This document shows, one piece after another, positions 23,208-35,900 of a stretch of 64,000 nt of DNA (its first letter is position 1; each line of letters starts with the position of its first letter). Under the pieces are notes generated by a model that was not told where the DNA came from, ran no database searches, and saw only the letters and a program-made list of their open reading frames with translations. This stretch comes from Phoronis australis. Taxonomy: Eukaryota > Animalia > Phoronida. The DNA lies in assembly GCA_002633005.1 (NCBI GenBank), contig NMRA01000872.1, forward strand, positions 38,475 to 102,474. Reading direction: 5' to 3'. Both the position numbers and the translations under genes were made by a program.

Positions 23208-26200
23208 TATTATTTGTCCTAGGTACATGTTTTCAGTATCGTATTTGTGGTGCTTGATTATGCGGATATATTTCGAGGTACGTGTAAGCTTTCGAAAGAA
23301 TTGCAATACGTCTAGATTGTTGGGCACAATACATGTACTCCTAGTTGTTAGACAATGGTAGTACCCACAGCCAGGTACCCGAAGCCCGGAATCGCAAGTA
23401 GATCCCTGTGATCTTCTGTTTCAAAATGTTTGGAGCCATTAGACCGCAAAATATTCCAAAATATATGTGGAATTTGTTCGGAAGAAGTTTTTCGATGACA
23501 ACAGTTCTTAACTTAATTCATCTCTACATATAAACATTCCACCCTAAGCCCTATATTCCATAGTAGGAACTAACACATGAACTAATGAATGCAAACAAAT
23601 CCCGCGGAAGCGTGGCGCAACCTACGCAGCGCGAGATCGAAGTTGTCATTCCAAGCCTAGAGCTCTAGCGTTAATGCAACAACTTGTTCCAATAAACAAG
23701 CTAGATAATTTAACCCACTGTATGCTATAGTGCCCTAGTATCAGTTACCCAGGCATCTCGGCGCTAAGCACTATGTCCTATACTAATATAGATAAGGACA
23801 ACTCAGGCCAAAAAGTCATAGTTGAAGCGGGTCGACTCATTTTTAGGCCTTTACTCACTGACTAAATTAAAAAACGCTCGCTTGTATCCATTTTTGTCCG
23901 CACGTTAGAAAGGGAACACAAAATTTGAAACGTCATGATTTAGCTGTGGTGGGTGAAAATTTACCCGCATCATTTTTGCTTGTTTCAGGTGGGTTTTCTT
24001 TTTTGAAAAGGTGAGCAACAAAAAAGACTGCATCACCGATTCCATTTAAACGAAAAATGAGACATCAAATTCAACTTTGCCTTTTTGTCCTGATAAAATA
24101 GTCACAGTCATGACATCTGCGTTGAAGTTGCCGTTGAGAGGTTTTCAAAACTTAAAAGTTTTAGCGACGGAAAGACGATACCTTTTCAGTGCAGACTGAA
24201 TTTTAGACTTAAATCTCTGGAAAATACAATAAACGTAGAGGCCCATGACCATACCTCGACAATTTCAAATTTCAGATTGAAAATCACGGTAACCGGTGAG
24301 TTTACTGATCGATAAACTGTGCGCAAATTCCATACACTAGTTTAAATGCGTCGTTGAATCTGTGGAAACCGCTTCACAAGACTGAAGTACATAAAGAAAT
24401 TGTTCTCACGATAATTGCCCTGTCCCTTGTTTCGGATTTTCACCTCAGTGCTGCAGCAACTGGTTATCACCGACTGGTCATTCGGCATATACAAAAGCGA
24501 ACTAAATGAAAAACAACGCAGCCACGACCTTGTGTCACCTCAATCGTTTATCTATCTCAGCAAATCTTTACCTGAAAACTTGATATCACTTAGGCGATAC
24601 CGTTGAACGCGTCTTATCTGCCATGGCACAGTTTGGAAGTAAATTATGTTTACCTTAGATTGGTTCCGTAGTCGGGAAGATCTCGCCAATGAACCCAATG
24701 TGATCACGTGGTTTGCTTGTAGTAATGGGAATATCTCGCAAGATTTTGCTTGTTGTGTTTTCTCGAGGTTCTCGCGTCTACGAAGCTTAAGTATGCAACT
24801 TCGTGAAAAACTAAGTAACCCCATTGACGTTATTCGTTGATTTAGTGTTTTTATAAAGCTCTCTGCTCCACGTTGGCTTTCTGAGAATTTGTAGGGCAGG
24901 CGTACCGAAGGGACCGTCTGTAAACGAGAGGACCACGTCTCAGTGAAAGATGGACCCTTAATATGAAAGGTTTTCTGTCCCAATGCTCTAATCGCAAAAA
25001 AAGGCTATACAGCTGAGAACAGAAAAGTGACCCTCTTTCCATGCATCATCGGGTAACCCTCCTTCCGTCACTGGGCTATCTTCCTGGACATAAAGAATTT
25101 TACAATTTCACAAAAAAAAAACAGGAAAATAGGGGAAATCGATGCCACCATTAGTCCCCCTTCCCGGCCCTCCGCGAGCGGCTCTTTAAATGAAAGGATA
25201 TCAATACAACAGATTTTTACGAAGAATGCATAACCAGGAGTACATTCGGATAACTAAACTGCAAAACCTGGGCTAACCCGCTAAATGCTCGGACAATGGC
25301 CTCGAACTGGTAGCTGACAAAGGCTCTCTTAATTACCTCGTCTGAGCGCTTAGCTGTGTCTTGTCACAAATGACCTTCGCCCCCGGCATTAGGGCAAAGG
25401 GAAACTTTTCTAAACGATAAATACATGTAAGGACACCTTTATCTGTGTCAAACTCGGAGCACGCTATCTGCGCTTGCACATGACAAAGTCCAGTCTCATT
25501 GAGAAATCATGTGTTGACAAAGAACAGCTAATGCAGTGAACAAGTTAATTGTCAATTTTATGAAGAAGCTTCTCGACAGTGAGAAACTTTGTAAAGAATT
25601 TTCAAGCTTGATTGATGTAGTTTACACGAATGGTAAATGTATTTGCGCATGCTCAAGAAGAAGAAATGTTTTGCCTCAACGAATTATACAAATTACCTGC
25701 ACATAAATGTAAATGCTCAGTTAGGCTAAAGCCGGCTCGGCTTCAGTGTCCTTATAATTTTATCTAAGACTTGCCTGTCTGATACATGTACGTATTTGTC
25801 TTAACTGGAGATAACGTGTGTGTTATCGTTATCTCCCCAATAAGTCCTATCCAGGGTCCTTGTTTGCGACACCTACATGTACATGTATAGGTACAGTACA
25901 AGTGTAGTACGCAGACTTATGCTAATGTACGTTATAGGGCTTATAGGCCGCGATTTGAGTTAGCATTCAGTTTTCGACAGCTCGTATTAATTGGTCTCTG
26001 AAACATTTTGATGAGTTTTCACTGACTCTGGCCTATCAGGGCCGTAACCCGTCAACAGTTTTGGGGAGCGCGCTTGGAGAAACTTTGACATGAAACACAG
26101 GGTTCATTAGATGTCATAGGACAAACTGAATAAACCAGAAGAACACACTGTATGTCAATTAACAGTTAGGTATTCGTGTGCCTCATGCCTCCCGCGTAGA

Positions 26201-27302
26201 CCCAGAACATTTTAGTCATCCACTGACACACTTCGCAAAATCTTCGCTTTTCTCAGTGGAACGGAATCAGGGCGGAATTATATCCCAACAAGTATGCATT
26301 TGTAATTCAACTTGTCCACTTCCTAGTCACCTACCAATAGACCAATAGCTTAACTGCAATGGCTTCCGCGTAGTTAATTCTGATAATATTTCGAGCATAC
26401 TCTCAAAAACAATCGACTTCGTTCAAAGTATTCTGGGCATGGAACATTAAAATAAAACACTCCGTCTCATGCATACTGAATACGACATATGCTATAATTA
26501 AATCAAGACCTAAACTTTATATCGTTGTAAGAGAGAATTCACACACCGGCTCGTTTCTAACTCCCTTTCAGATAAAAGTTTTATTTCCTGTACGTTTCCC
26601 CAAATTTCCCGGGAAGGAAATTGTTTTCATTAACGTCATTGGTTTAGGAAACCGTACTGTTGCACACGCACTTCAATCATTGCAATCCGATGGCCACCCG
26701 ACCAGCTGCAGTGCTTTTTGGACGCCAGGTAAACCGTTAGGTCCAGGATATAAAGCACATGTCTTGGCTTGTACAGATTTAAAAAAATATAACTTTAATA
26801 AGATATTGAGAATTTGTAACAAGATATTTTTTCTAGTCTTGATAATTGAAAACGGCAGCTAGGCTAAATGTAGGCCTAATAATCTCTTCCGATAGAAACT
26901 CTCACGCTGCTGCTAGACATACAAACTATGTAATAGAGAGAAACTCAGTGGTGTGGGGCATGCGCATTGAAATTTGCACAATCGGTATTGGTCGGGGCTT
27001 AATCTCATGGTTACGCGTGTGAACTCGGGACAAAGATACCGTATAAAATCCTTGTTCGGGAGTTCCGGCACGAGTTTTCAAGTTCACGCACAATGGCATC
27101 TATTTCTGATAGGTGGCGCCCTATAGTGTTCGACTGCATTTTTCTGGTACTGCAATTTTGCGGCTTCAATTTTCAAAAGTTGTTTGTTCATTCATCATTG
27201 ATAAATTTAGACGAGCTTAGTCACCTCCAGCGTGGCTTCCCTCTCTAACTCATTTATCAGAGCAATCTACACAAGGCAAGGCGTTTCGTCAGAAAGAGAA
27301 AA

Positions 27303-30300
27303 ATGTCTGCGCAAGATCCAAGAGTACGAAACATGAAAATTAAAACGGGTGTCGTCAAACGGTGAGTCGCCCGTGTTTGTTTGTTCAGAACACCGGCAAT
27401 GCCTTGCCGACGGAAATTCTGAGCAAGCTAATGGGCAATGTATATGAGTGTATGGGGATAGTATAGTTCCAAACATTTCAAAATAAAAAATGGGACATCT
27501 AAAATAGGAAGGCAATACATCGGCGCTTTCAAGACTTCGGACTTAATCTTAATAGGAACAGTAGATCTAATCTTACTACCGAACCACTATTCGGTCTTCT
27601 GCAGAAACCCCCTGTTGTAGATGTGCTTCCGGCGAATCATATGAGCCTCTGTTAGGTACCCGCTAACCGGCAATTGCCTATTAGCTGAATGGTTAGCACG
27701 CTTAAAGGGTTTTATGGGGGTCGCTGTTTCGATCCCCGGGTCGGGTAATCTCGGCTAGAATTACTACAAATGGCGTAGTCGGCAAACGTATTATCTACCG
27801 ATGAAGCACTGCCAACTGTACCCGTGGACCTTGGGACTTTTCTTCATGGAAGGTTCCAGAGTCAAGGACCTGTATGAGAGACTACCTTGTGTTCACCTGT
27901 GTTGTGGTGGTAAAGGTACTAAGGGAGGTTGATGACCTGTATACGAGACATCCTGGTGTTCACCTTCCTGGTCACATGCCTGTTCTGTAGGAAATGGGGG
28001 AATGTTGTAGATGTGCTTCCGGTGATGAGCCTCTGTTAGCTGCTCGCTTACGGGCAATTGCCTATTATCTGAACGGTTAGCACGCTTGCCGGTTTTATGG
28101 GGGTCGCTGGTTCGATCCCCGGGTCGGGTAATCTCGGCTATTACTACACCCCCTATACACAAGCTCAAATCGATCTGCTGAACTTAGAACAAGCGCTGAC
28201 TTGTAGGACCAATGAGTTGGGCCGTGAGCTCGGCTGGCTTTTGCCTTTTTTTGCAATTAAGGCAGTGGCAAGTTTGAAAGCCAAAAACAGAAAAAAACGT
28301 CATGACCAAATCAAGTCAAAGACCTACCAACCTTACAAACATATCGTTCCCGAGAGAGTATAATCGCCGACAAAACTCTAATTTTACCAGTAAATACAGT
28401 TTGAAAAAAAACAAACTTTGCTAAAAAGATTTCAATGTCATATCGAGTATATTGTAAACAAATATACAATATAAAGAAACAATAAAAATATGAACTGATG
28501 TACATTCACATTAACGTACTCTCTCCCAAAGTTTTTTAGAACTGGACCATTGATAGCTGCTCGTGGACGTGGTACTATTTCTGGGACAACGATGGCGTGC
28601 TCACAATGCGCTATTCAAGACCACCGGTGTTCTCACGCCACTTTCTGTTTTTAGTCACCAGACTTCAGCCTCAGCAGACTCCCATGTAGGTTTTGTCTTA
28701 TGGAGAAGTCAACCAGTGACGTAATAATATTATGAACTATGTAAAAAGTGCACAGATACCTCTGGATTGCCACAGGTCATGGGACAAGGGGGTTTTGGGT
28801 CGAGGGGTGTCATGGGTTGAGGGGTGTGGGGGTCAAGGGGGTTTCGGAACAGTCTGTTCTGTTGGACTGACTGTTAGCATGCGGCGTGGAGCGACATATT
28901 CTAATAATGCCAAGCACGGGTTAGGGCAATTTTGCAACAGACTTTTCACTGTTTGAACCACATGCTCAGCTTCATCGTTGCCTTGAGACTGAGAGTCCGT
29001 TGGGCTTCTTGTTACATGCTTGAATTCATACTCTTTCGCAAACTGTTTTAACTCGAACGAGGCGTATTGGGGCTATTTTCTTATATGAGTTTTTGTCGGA
29101 TTCCTTGGCAATATAGATTTCACGTGTGTGATTATGTCGGCTGATGTCAAAGGTGACAGTTTAAAGACTGAGAAGTAATCGACTATAATACTAGATCACC
29201 GTCGCTAGCTGGCCAGTTTAGGTTCGTGGTAGACCTTTAAAACTTAAAGTATTAGCTTAAATGTCTAAAGTATCTGAAAACTTTTTAAATCATTTTCAAA
29301 AATGATTAGCCAAATACTTTCTCCCTATCCCCAGCTTACAGTGAAGGTTCGCCAGCCATATGGGCCTGATGTTGAAAAAAATTCAGCAGGGGTTCCTCCC
29401 CTATTCCCGAGTTATGGCAAAGGTACGCCGGCCACTTGGGCATTTAAATGATGTTGGCCTTAAAAGAAATTGGGTATCCCTCTATCCCCGGGTTACGACG
29501 AGGGGTATGCCAGCCATATCGACATTTCATTGATATTGACCAAAAAATATGAGCAAGGTTTCTCTCCCATCGCTGTTACGGTGGGGTTACTCAGGGAACT
29601 GGCTATTTTTACTAGCCATGTGTCGTCCGGCCTGATGAGGGCACTTTCGGGTGATGTTAGGTAATTGAGCTGATACTCCGAGATCCCTGTTGTGTTTTCC
29701 TGCTGCTATTTACTGTTGTGATCATGGCTGGTTGACAGGAATGTCAAAATGCGTACCGTTTTGTGCTCAACACTTTATATTTTTAAAGAATTTATTCTCG
29801 AGCATTTACGTGTACTTAATGGCCATATAATCCCTCTATACAGTTTTGTGGTGTTATCCTTGCAGGCTGACTAAAGAGAAACTAATGTATGAAAAGGAAG
29901 CTGTTCAACAGCAGGAACGGATTGACAAGCTGAAGGCTGACAACGGTGATGAGTACGTGGTGAAAAAGCAGGTAGGTCAAAGGTCAATACTGGTGAAAGA
30001 TGAACGACGATCGTGAACTGGGGAGGAGACACTGAGCACTAAGCTAATGAATGAGTGACCTGTTTGGTTCAGAGCTGAACATTAATCAAGGCTTGGAATT
30101 TTCCGCGGAAACGCGGATTTCCGCTTTTTTCAAATGTAGTGTCTGCGTATTTTATTGTATTTCTGCGTAAAAAAATCAGATTTGATATAAAATTTCCGCG
30201 GCTAATTCCTTTCTTACCGCTGCGTAGCCGACGACTTTCACCTCCAAAAGCGGAAGTTGCTCTTTATGCTTCGGAGGAACGTAAATTGTCAACATCGCCG

Positions 30301-32934
30301 GGGCATCTGGGATAGCGTGGTGGATTTTTCAATGGCGTCTCGTTTCATTGTAAAAAAGCGGTGGCAAATACTACGACTCTGCAGCCAAAAATGTGTGGAG
30401 GTGGGAGTGGACGGGCGAGCTGAAAAGACGCACGGCTGTGGAGGTGGTACCGTTTTTCTTTTTTTAGTCCTCCCGATTTTTTGTCGGCAAAAACGTCCAC
30501 ATCGGCTATGTCGAGGGCCGGGAGGCGGGCATGTTTTGAGCCATAAAAGTTTCCGCGTTTTTCGTCATTGGTCATTCCAAGCCCTGATTAATTCACTTGG
30601 CCAGCAAGAGCAAGCTACATTTTTGCGGAGGTCGAATCTGTAAATTTCCAATATTGCTATACTCGAAAAAGAAATCATCTGTTATACAGTTGGGGGAGCT
30701 TGTTAGATTTTTTTCACAGTAGACTCACCCTATTTTGGGCACAATATGGCATACAAATGACACTTGATTTTCTCAGGTTGTTCATAAACGAGAAGAACCG
30801 CCAAGCCAATGCTTTCCATGTTCAAACTCGGTAAGGACAGGTACCACCAGACGATTGTTTTTTCGGCAAACGCAACACTGTTCAAAACCATCTAAAAGGA
30901 ATCGGCATTTTTTCACTCAGGGTGCAAATCTAGAATTTTTTATGTTATGCAGTCATATTGACAGAATTCCTTCATCTCTGACAGATATTTGTATGATGAT
31001 GTTGTTTTAACACCGGTACTACGACATTTACGCATTTTAAAGTATGAAAAAAATGTTAATTATGGCCAGAGTAATCCTTAATATAGCTGAATATAGCCAA
31101 AAATCCATCATTGATCCATTCTTGTTGTTTTATTTACCGATTTATATTCTTCATTTCTTGAAACAATAGTATCCTTGGGAGGATCTGGATCGCCTTATTT
31201 AGTTTCAGATATATATTTTCTACGTTATTTTCCATTATTAAAAGATTTTTGATACTGCACATTGGGAATCGTGAAGCTATCTTTGGCCCAGAATAAATAG
31301 AATAGACCAATTCCTGGATTTGAATTGATCATTTAAGCAATGATGTATTCTCCATAGCCCCTCTATTCTCCTTAGCCCCCAACTTTGAATTGTACATGGT
31401 TTGAAAAAGCTCGTATCTAGGTGCATTTACTGAGACAATGGAGACAAATAAACTCTCCTACACAAGAAAAAAATACATTTTTTATTTATGGCTGGGTTTT
31501 GAGGCAAGTTTAGGTAAAATTACTTTTTCAGTTTAAACTCATTATTAATAGAACATGAATGTTCTTTGGTCATTCAGAAGTGTTGGTATTAACAAGTAAA
31601 TGAATTCTATTGCATTTGCTCAAGTATTCATCCACTTGTAAACAGGTATCTGCATATTTTGTATTCTCTGTAGCCCCATTTATGACCTCTGTGCTATGTG
31701 AGACTTAGGCATTCAATGTTTATTGATGATGAAATGTGTTTTCCTGTATTTCTTTGATGGTAGTTAATGGAATTAGTCTTTCCTTTTGACAGTGATGTGA
31801 CTCTGATGATAGTCATGTGCTGAGTATGTCTAAGGATTAAGTACAATCTATGTTTTATTTGTACATTCACACCTTGTGAAGCATACACAGGTGGGAACCT
31901 ATTTTTTATATTGACGTTCAGTGATTAAGTACATGAGTTACCAATATTAAACTTTCTTGTTCCTGAGCCAGACTTAAGTCTTTTTTCCAACATGGATGTG
32001 ACAATACCAATGATGTATTCTCCGTAGCCCACATTTTTCTTTGTTATTTCAACAGGCCAAATCTCAAAAACTAAATGAGTAATATACTCCCAAATTGTAG
32101 AGACTGATGTCAATTGATAACATTTCTGTAGGAGCTCTGAAATCACTTCAATTATGACTAAGGAACATTTTGAGAGCAATTTCATTATGGAAAGTGGACT
32201 AACTCCAAATGTATTTCTGTGGTGGAAGAGGGGTTAGTAGCAGCTGTTGACAGCGAGTTATCATTTCTGTGGTTGTTTATTTACTTGATGAGCTCAGTAC
32301 TTGCTTTTGTTGGTGTTACTATTATGGTGGCTCACTGGGTGAATTGTAATGCACAGTTTTACCGTTGTGATTTTTTTCAGATTGAAGTACTCAATGAAAC
32401 ACTGCAAATGATTCCAGACTCCCTGCGGCGGTTGAAGCAAGCCATTGCTGAACTAGACTCTCTCATGGTGAGTGCACAGATCTGTCAACTTTATGTCTCC
32501 CCTGACCTCGACCATGACCCATGTCTGCTCTTATGACTTGCTTGAACAAAACTTTGATGACTGGGAAGTTGACTGGATATGCCTTCTGTCAAAAATACCA
32601 TTGTCTTTGAACCGGTTCTCAACATTGTTATTTCTCATTGTTGGACTTAAGAAGACCTAACTGTTTGTTGCTTGAGACTAGACTGGATGTGTTGGACTGA
32701 CATCATTTCATGCCTCCAAAGCAGTATTTCTGTCCAAATAAAAGTTTGTTCTGTGGACTGACACTGCGGATAACTTTGAGACTTTTGCACCGTGTTGCAA
32801 ATTTAATATGTTTGTGTTTTTATTTACAGTCTGAGAGCCAGACAGACCTCAGTGAACTTGAGGAGTTCACCACTGCCAAACAGCAATTGGACGACGCCCA
32901 GAAGGTAGTCGACGCCCATGCTGAAGCCTCCTAG
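27303..32934 (+). CDS. TBCA: Tubulin-specific chaperone A, 4 exons, 118 aa
   Basis: Exons 27303-27361, 29866-29971, 32381-32467 and 32830-32934 give MSAQDPRVRNMKIKTGVVKRLTKEKLMYEKEAVQQQERIDKLKADNGDEYVVKKQIEVLNETLQMIPDSLRRLKQAIAELDSLMSESQTDLSELEEFTTAKQQLDDAQKVVDAHAEAS*, matching the TBCA signature KIKTGVVKRLxKEKxMYEKE. Candidate AATAAA at 35105. Confidence 0.96.
27613..28148 (+). mobile_element. Terminal-repeat retrotransposon in miniature (TRIM) with tRNA-like Pol III promoter in its LTRs (Helenus-like)
   Basis: LTR1 27613-27768 and LTR2 28003-28148 (TGTTGTAG...TACTACA). PBS TGGCGTAGTCGGCA at 27771-27784 is complementary to the 3' end of tRNA-Ser. PPT AGGAAATGGGGGAA at 27989-28002. CCCC(C) flanks both ends. 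A-box TAGCTGAATGG at 27682 and B-box GGTTCGATCCC at 28109. Confidence 0.9.
28888..29189 (-). pseudogene. Degenerate Ty3/Gypsy integrase core fragment
   Basis: Minus-strand translation IIVDYFS...TSADIITHVKSI...*PQYASFELKQFAKEYEFKHVTRSP...QGNDEAEHVVQTVKSLLQNCPNPCLALLEY resembles the Gypsy rve core (VDYxS...SDNGPQF...TSSPxxPQSNGxAERxVQTVK). It has an in-frame stop and deletions. Confidence 0.8.
30087..30586. mobile_element. 500-bp non-autonomous DNA transposon (hAT-like CAGGG termini)
   Basis: TIR caaggcttggaat / attccaagccctg, flanked on both sides by ATTAAT. Subterminal ttccgcg repeats and a GC-richer interior. Confidence 0.75.
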
Positions 32935-35900
32935 TCAAGTTGCTTTAATCTAAGCAGAAATAACTGCTCTTCTATAATCCATGTGCTGAGTTGTATTAAA
33001 TTCCAGCTTGATTCAAGCTGAGCTTCTGAACTCAGCACACTGTAGTACATAATATGTGTTAAATTGATTTGATTTAATTTTTCACCCAATGGATGTCAAG
33101 CTGTCAGTTTATGCCCTGCCGTGTTAAAGTCTGATGCAGTGATATATTGGAAGTCCTAATGAAACTGAAGTATAAGTACAGTGTAGTGTGGACTGTCAAG
33201 GCTTTGTTTCATAAAAGTGAATGAAAGCCTAACTTCAATGGAATTTTGTTATTTTAGATGTATTGGGCTAATCAGATAGTCTTAGCAAAGTCTTGGTAAA
33301 ATAAGAAAACGCGAGTTCAATCATACAAATGTAAGCTCCTCAAATGATAAGTGAAGCTGCCTTTTTGTGACATGTTGCGTCACCATGAGATTCCAGCACA
33401 AACAACGAAAGGTTGTATTGAATAGGGGTCTGAATAGAGCACCATTGCGTGTGGATGTTATTCGCAGCTGTTTGAATTAAGATTAAGATTCTTGTGGTGA
33501 CATAGACGAAAGCAAACCAATACTCCTAACAGTTCGTTACATTTGGCAACTAATGGTTGACTCAGAAGGATGCTCTTAACATACTGTAGGAACCAAATTT
33601 ACCTGTGTCACCGTTGCAGATAGACTGTGAGACTTCAGACAGAAATTTGCTCTTACTCACCCACTTGACAATTGCTGAAAAAGCCGAGTAATTGAAAGCA
33701 CGTCACACTCTAGAAATAATTGATAGACATTGAGCTGGTAAGGAGCAGTTATGTGTGTATTTTCAGCGACTTGGCACTTATGCTTTAGTGTGAAACATCT
33801 TTGTGTAGCCTAAGACCAATTTTCTGACTTAGGCCACTTTTTTGAAACAGACCTCTGAGCTTGGACAATCACTGAAGTCGCTTCAGTCTCCAAAACTTGT
33901 CACACTCAGGACTGTGGTGAAATTATCATATTCAGGAGACGGCAAATGTGTAATTGTAATGGCACATGCTGTCATGAAATGGGAACGTTAGGAAAAGCGA
34001 CCTCTTTGTGCAGACTGACAAGTTATGCGATGGCAAGCTAAGCAAAGTAATGTGTGTAAAATTTCAAGTGCAAACGTCCTTTAATAGAAAAAGTACAAAC
34101 GTTTACAAACAGATATCGCTGTACACATTTGTTGGTTTATGCTAACAAATACGGCTCCCATAGAAGTATCGGGCTATACAGCCCATGGAATAAAGCGGAG
34201 AAAAGCCTACTGTAACATGCTCTGCGGGGCTTTAAATGTATCCCAGCCTTGGTACGTTGGCCCATTCATGAATATATTCCAATGCACTGCATTGAGCATG
34301 GTTATGGGTAAGCTGGTCTTTGGAAATTCGTGATACCCCTTGAGTGACATCCTATTACGCATTTTCGATGGCCAGCTCTAACAAATCTTGTAAGGTAGGT
34401 TAAAGGACCTGTGTTAGGAGTAAAGCCTGTTCTGAGAGTACTCATCGTCTGCCGTCTGAGGATGTGGGGATAAATTAGTTGCCAGTGTTGATCGTTACTA
34501 GTTTGTGATGCACAATAGGGAGCTGTGAGCATTACATGGCATAGAATTTTAGTTAAACTCTTGTACATGAGGTTCAAAGCCGGGGGCTAAATTTTGTACT
34601 CGAAAACTGAACAATTAGATTGCAATCTTTAAGTAAACTTACAAATTTGCACTCGAATCATTCAACACAGTTGGTTGCATGAGTTTCAAGCTCCTGAGTA
34701 AGTTTTTCTGATTTCCAAGATTAGACCTTGGGCCTTGGTCTGTGATACATAAAGATTTATAATAATCTAATTATACATCTATTTTTCCATGTCCGCAATT
34801 TGAATTCATGACTATTACACTTAGTCTTTGTTTAGTAAAGATTAAGCATAATGAGGTGTGTTTTTCAATCACAACGTGGTCGTTGATGTTCACATACACG
34901 TAAGCTAATACTAAGGCTTATTGATGTTTCAGTATTTTGTGTGAGAGACTGCTGAAACCGTTAGACTTACTGAGGCTAAGCTTTCATAGGGAAGACAGTT
35001 TGAAATTCTGTTGGCATCAACTATAGGTGTCGCTGTATCTATGCTTTCGTTCTCTTTGCGTCTAATTTATACTGTGATGTGTTTTACACAATATGTACAT
35101 CTTGAATAAATCAAAATAGAGTAGATGACCTGTGTTTTGCTATGCAAGATTTTGCTGTCTTTTAACAATTGCTTTGTTTTCGTTTTGTATGTACGCAAAT
35201 GTTTTGGTAAATCCCTGCCCCTGATTTCTGTTGTGGCTTCATGTTCTGGTTCATGTGCACTTACATGTGCAAGTGTCGCCCCCTGTTGTTGGCCATTTAG
35301 CTTGGGCAGACCATCTATTATATTTTGTTACAAGCTTTGTATTAAGCATGTTGTCTGGAATTACTGGCTCTTTGGATTGCAGCAACCAAACTTAAATAAT
35401 GCAACTGGGATTCAATCCAAGCGTACCCCATGCATTAGCAGACATTTAAAGAAAAGCCACATTTCAATTTAGTCCGGTCTGTGCTACTTTCTGATCAGGA
35501 ATTTTTGTCTGTAATCAGAAAATTTAACGCTTGAGCACAAAATTGCTGGGTAATAACCTGTGTTCACTCGACACGAAAGTTAGCTTAAAATCTGTTTATG
35601 GGTACCGTAGGTCTCGTGAATGGGGGATCGTCACACTCGACATTGTTACATGCTCGCTGTGGGATGTGTGCAATTTTGAAGTACCCTGTATACTTTATGG
35701 CGGTCATAGGCAGACGGAGAGCTAAAAGGGTTTAACTCAGGGTTAAGAAAATGGTTTCAAAGTCTTCCCTGATCAAGTTCAAGGTGGATTTGGTACTTGA
35801 AAAATGACACTACTGGTTGGTTTAGCACAGCGTGACGTTTTATGAACCAAACCGGAGTGCCCGTTTTCTGGAAACCCCGGCAGGGTGCACCAGTCTCAAA

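Noticed and set aside
27676-27746. Functional tRNA gene (also 28059-28130 and 61655-61725)
   Set aside because: A/B boxes are present, but acceptor, anticodon and T stems pair poorly and the sequence is embedded in LTRs.
29630-29660. Hammerhead ribozyme core (CTGATGA + hairpin); similar CTGATGA at 21052
   Set aside because: No GAAA after stem II, and no stems I/III can be formed.
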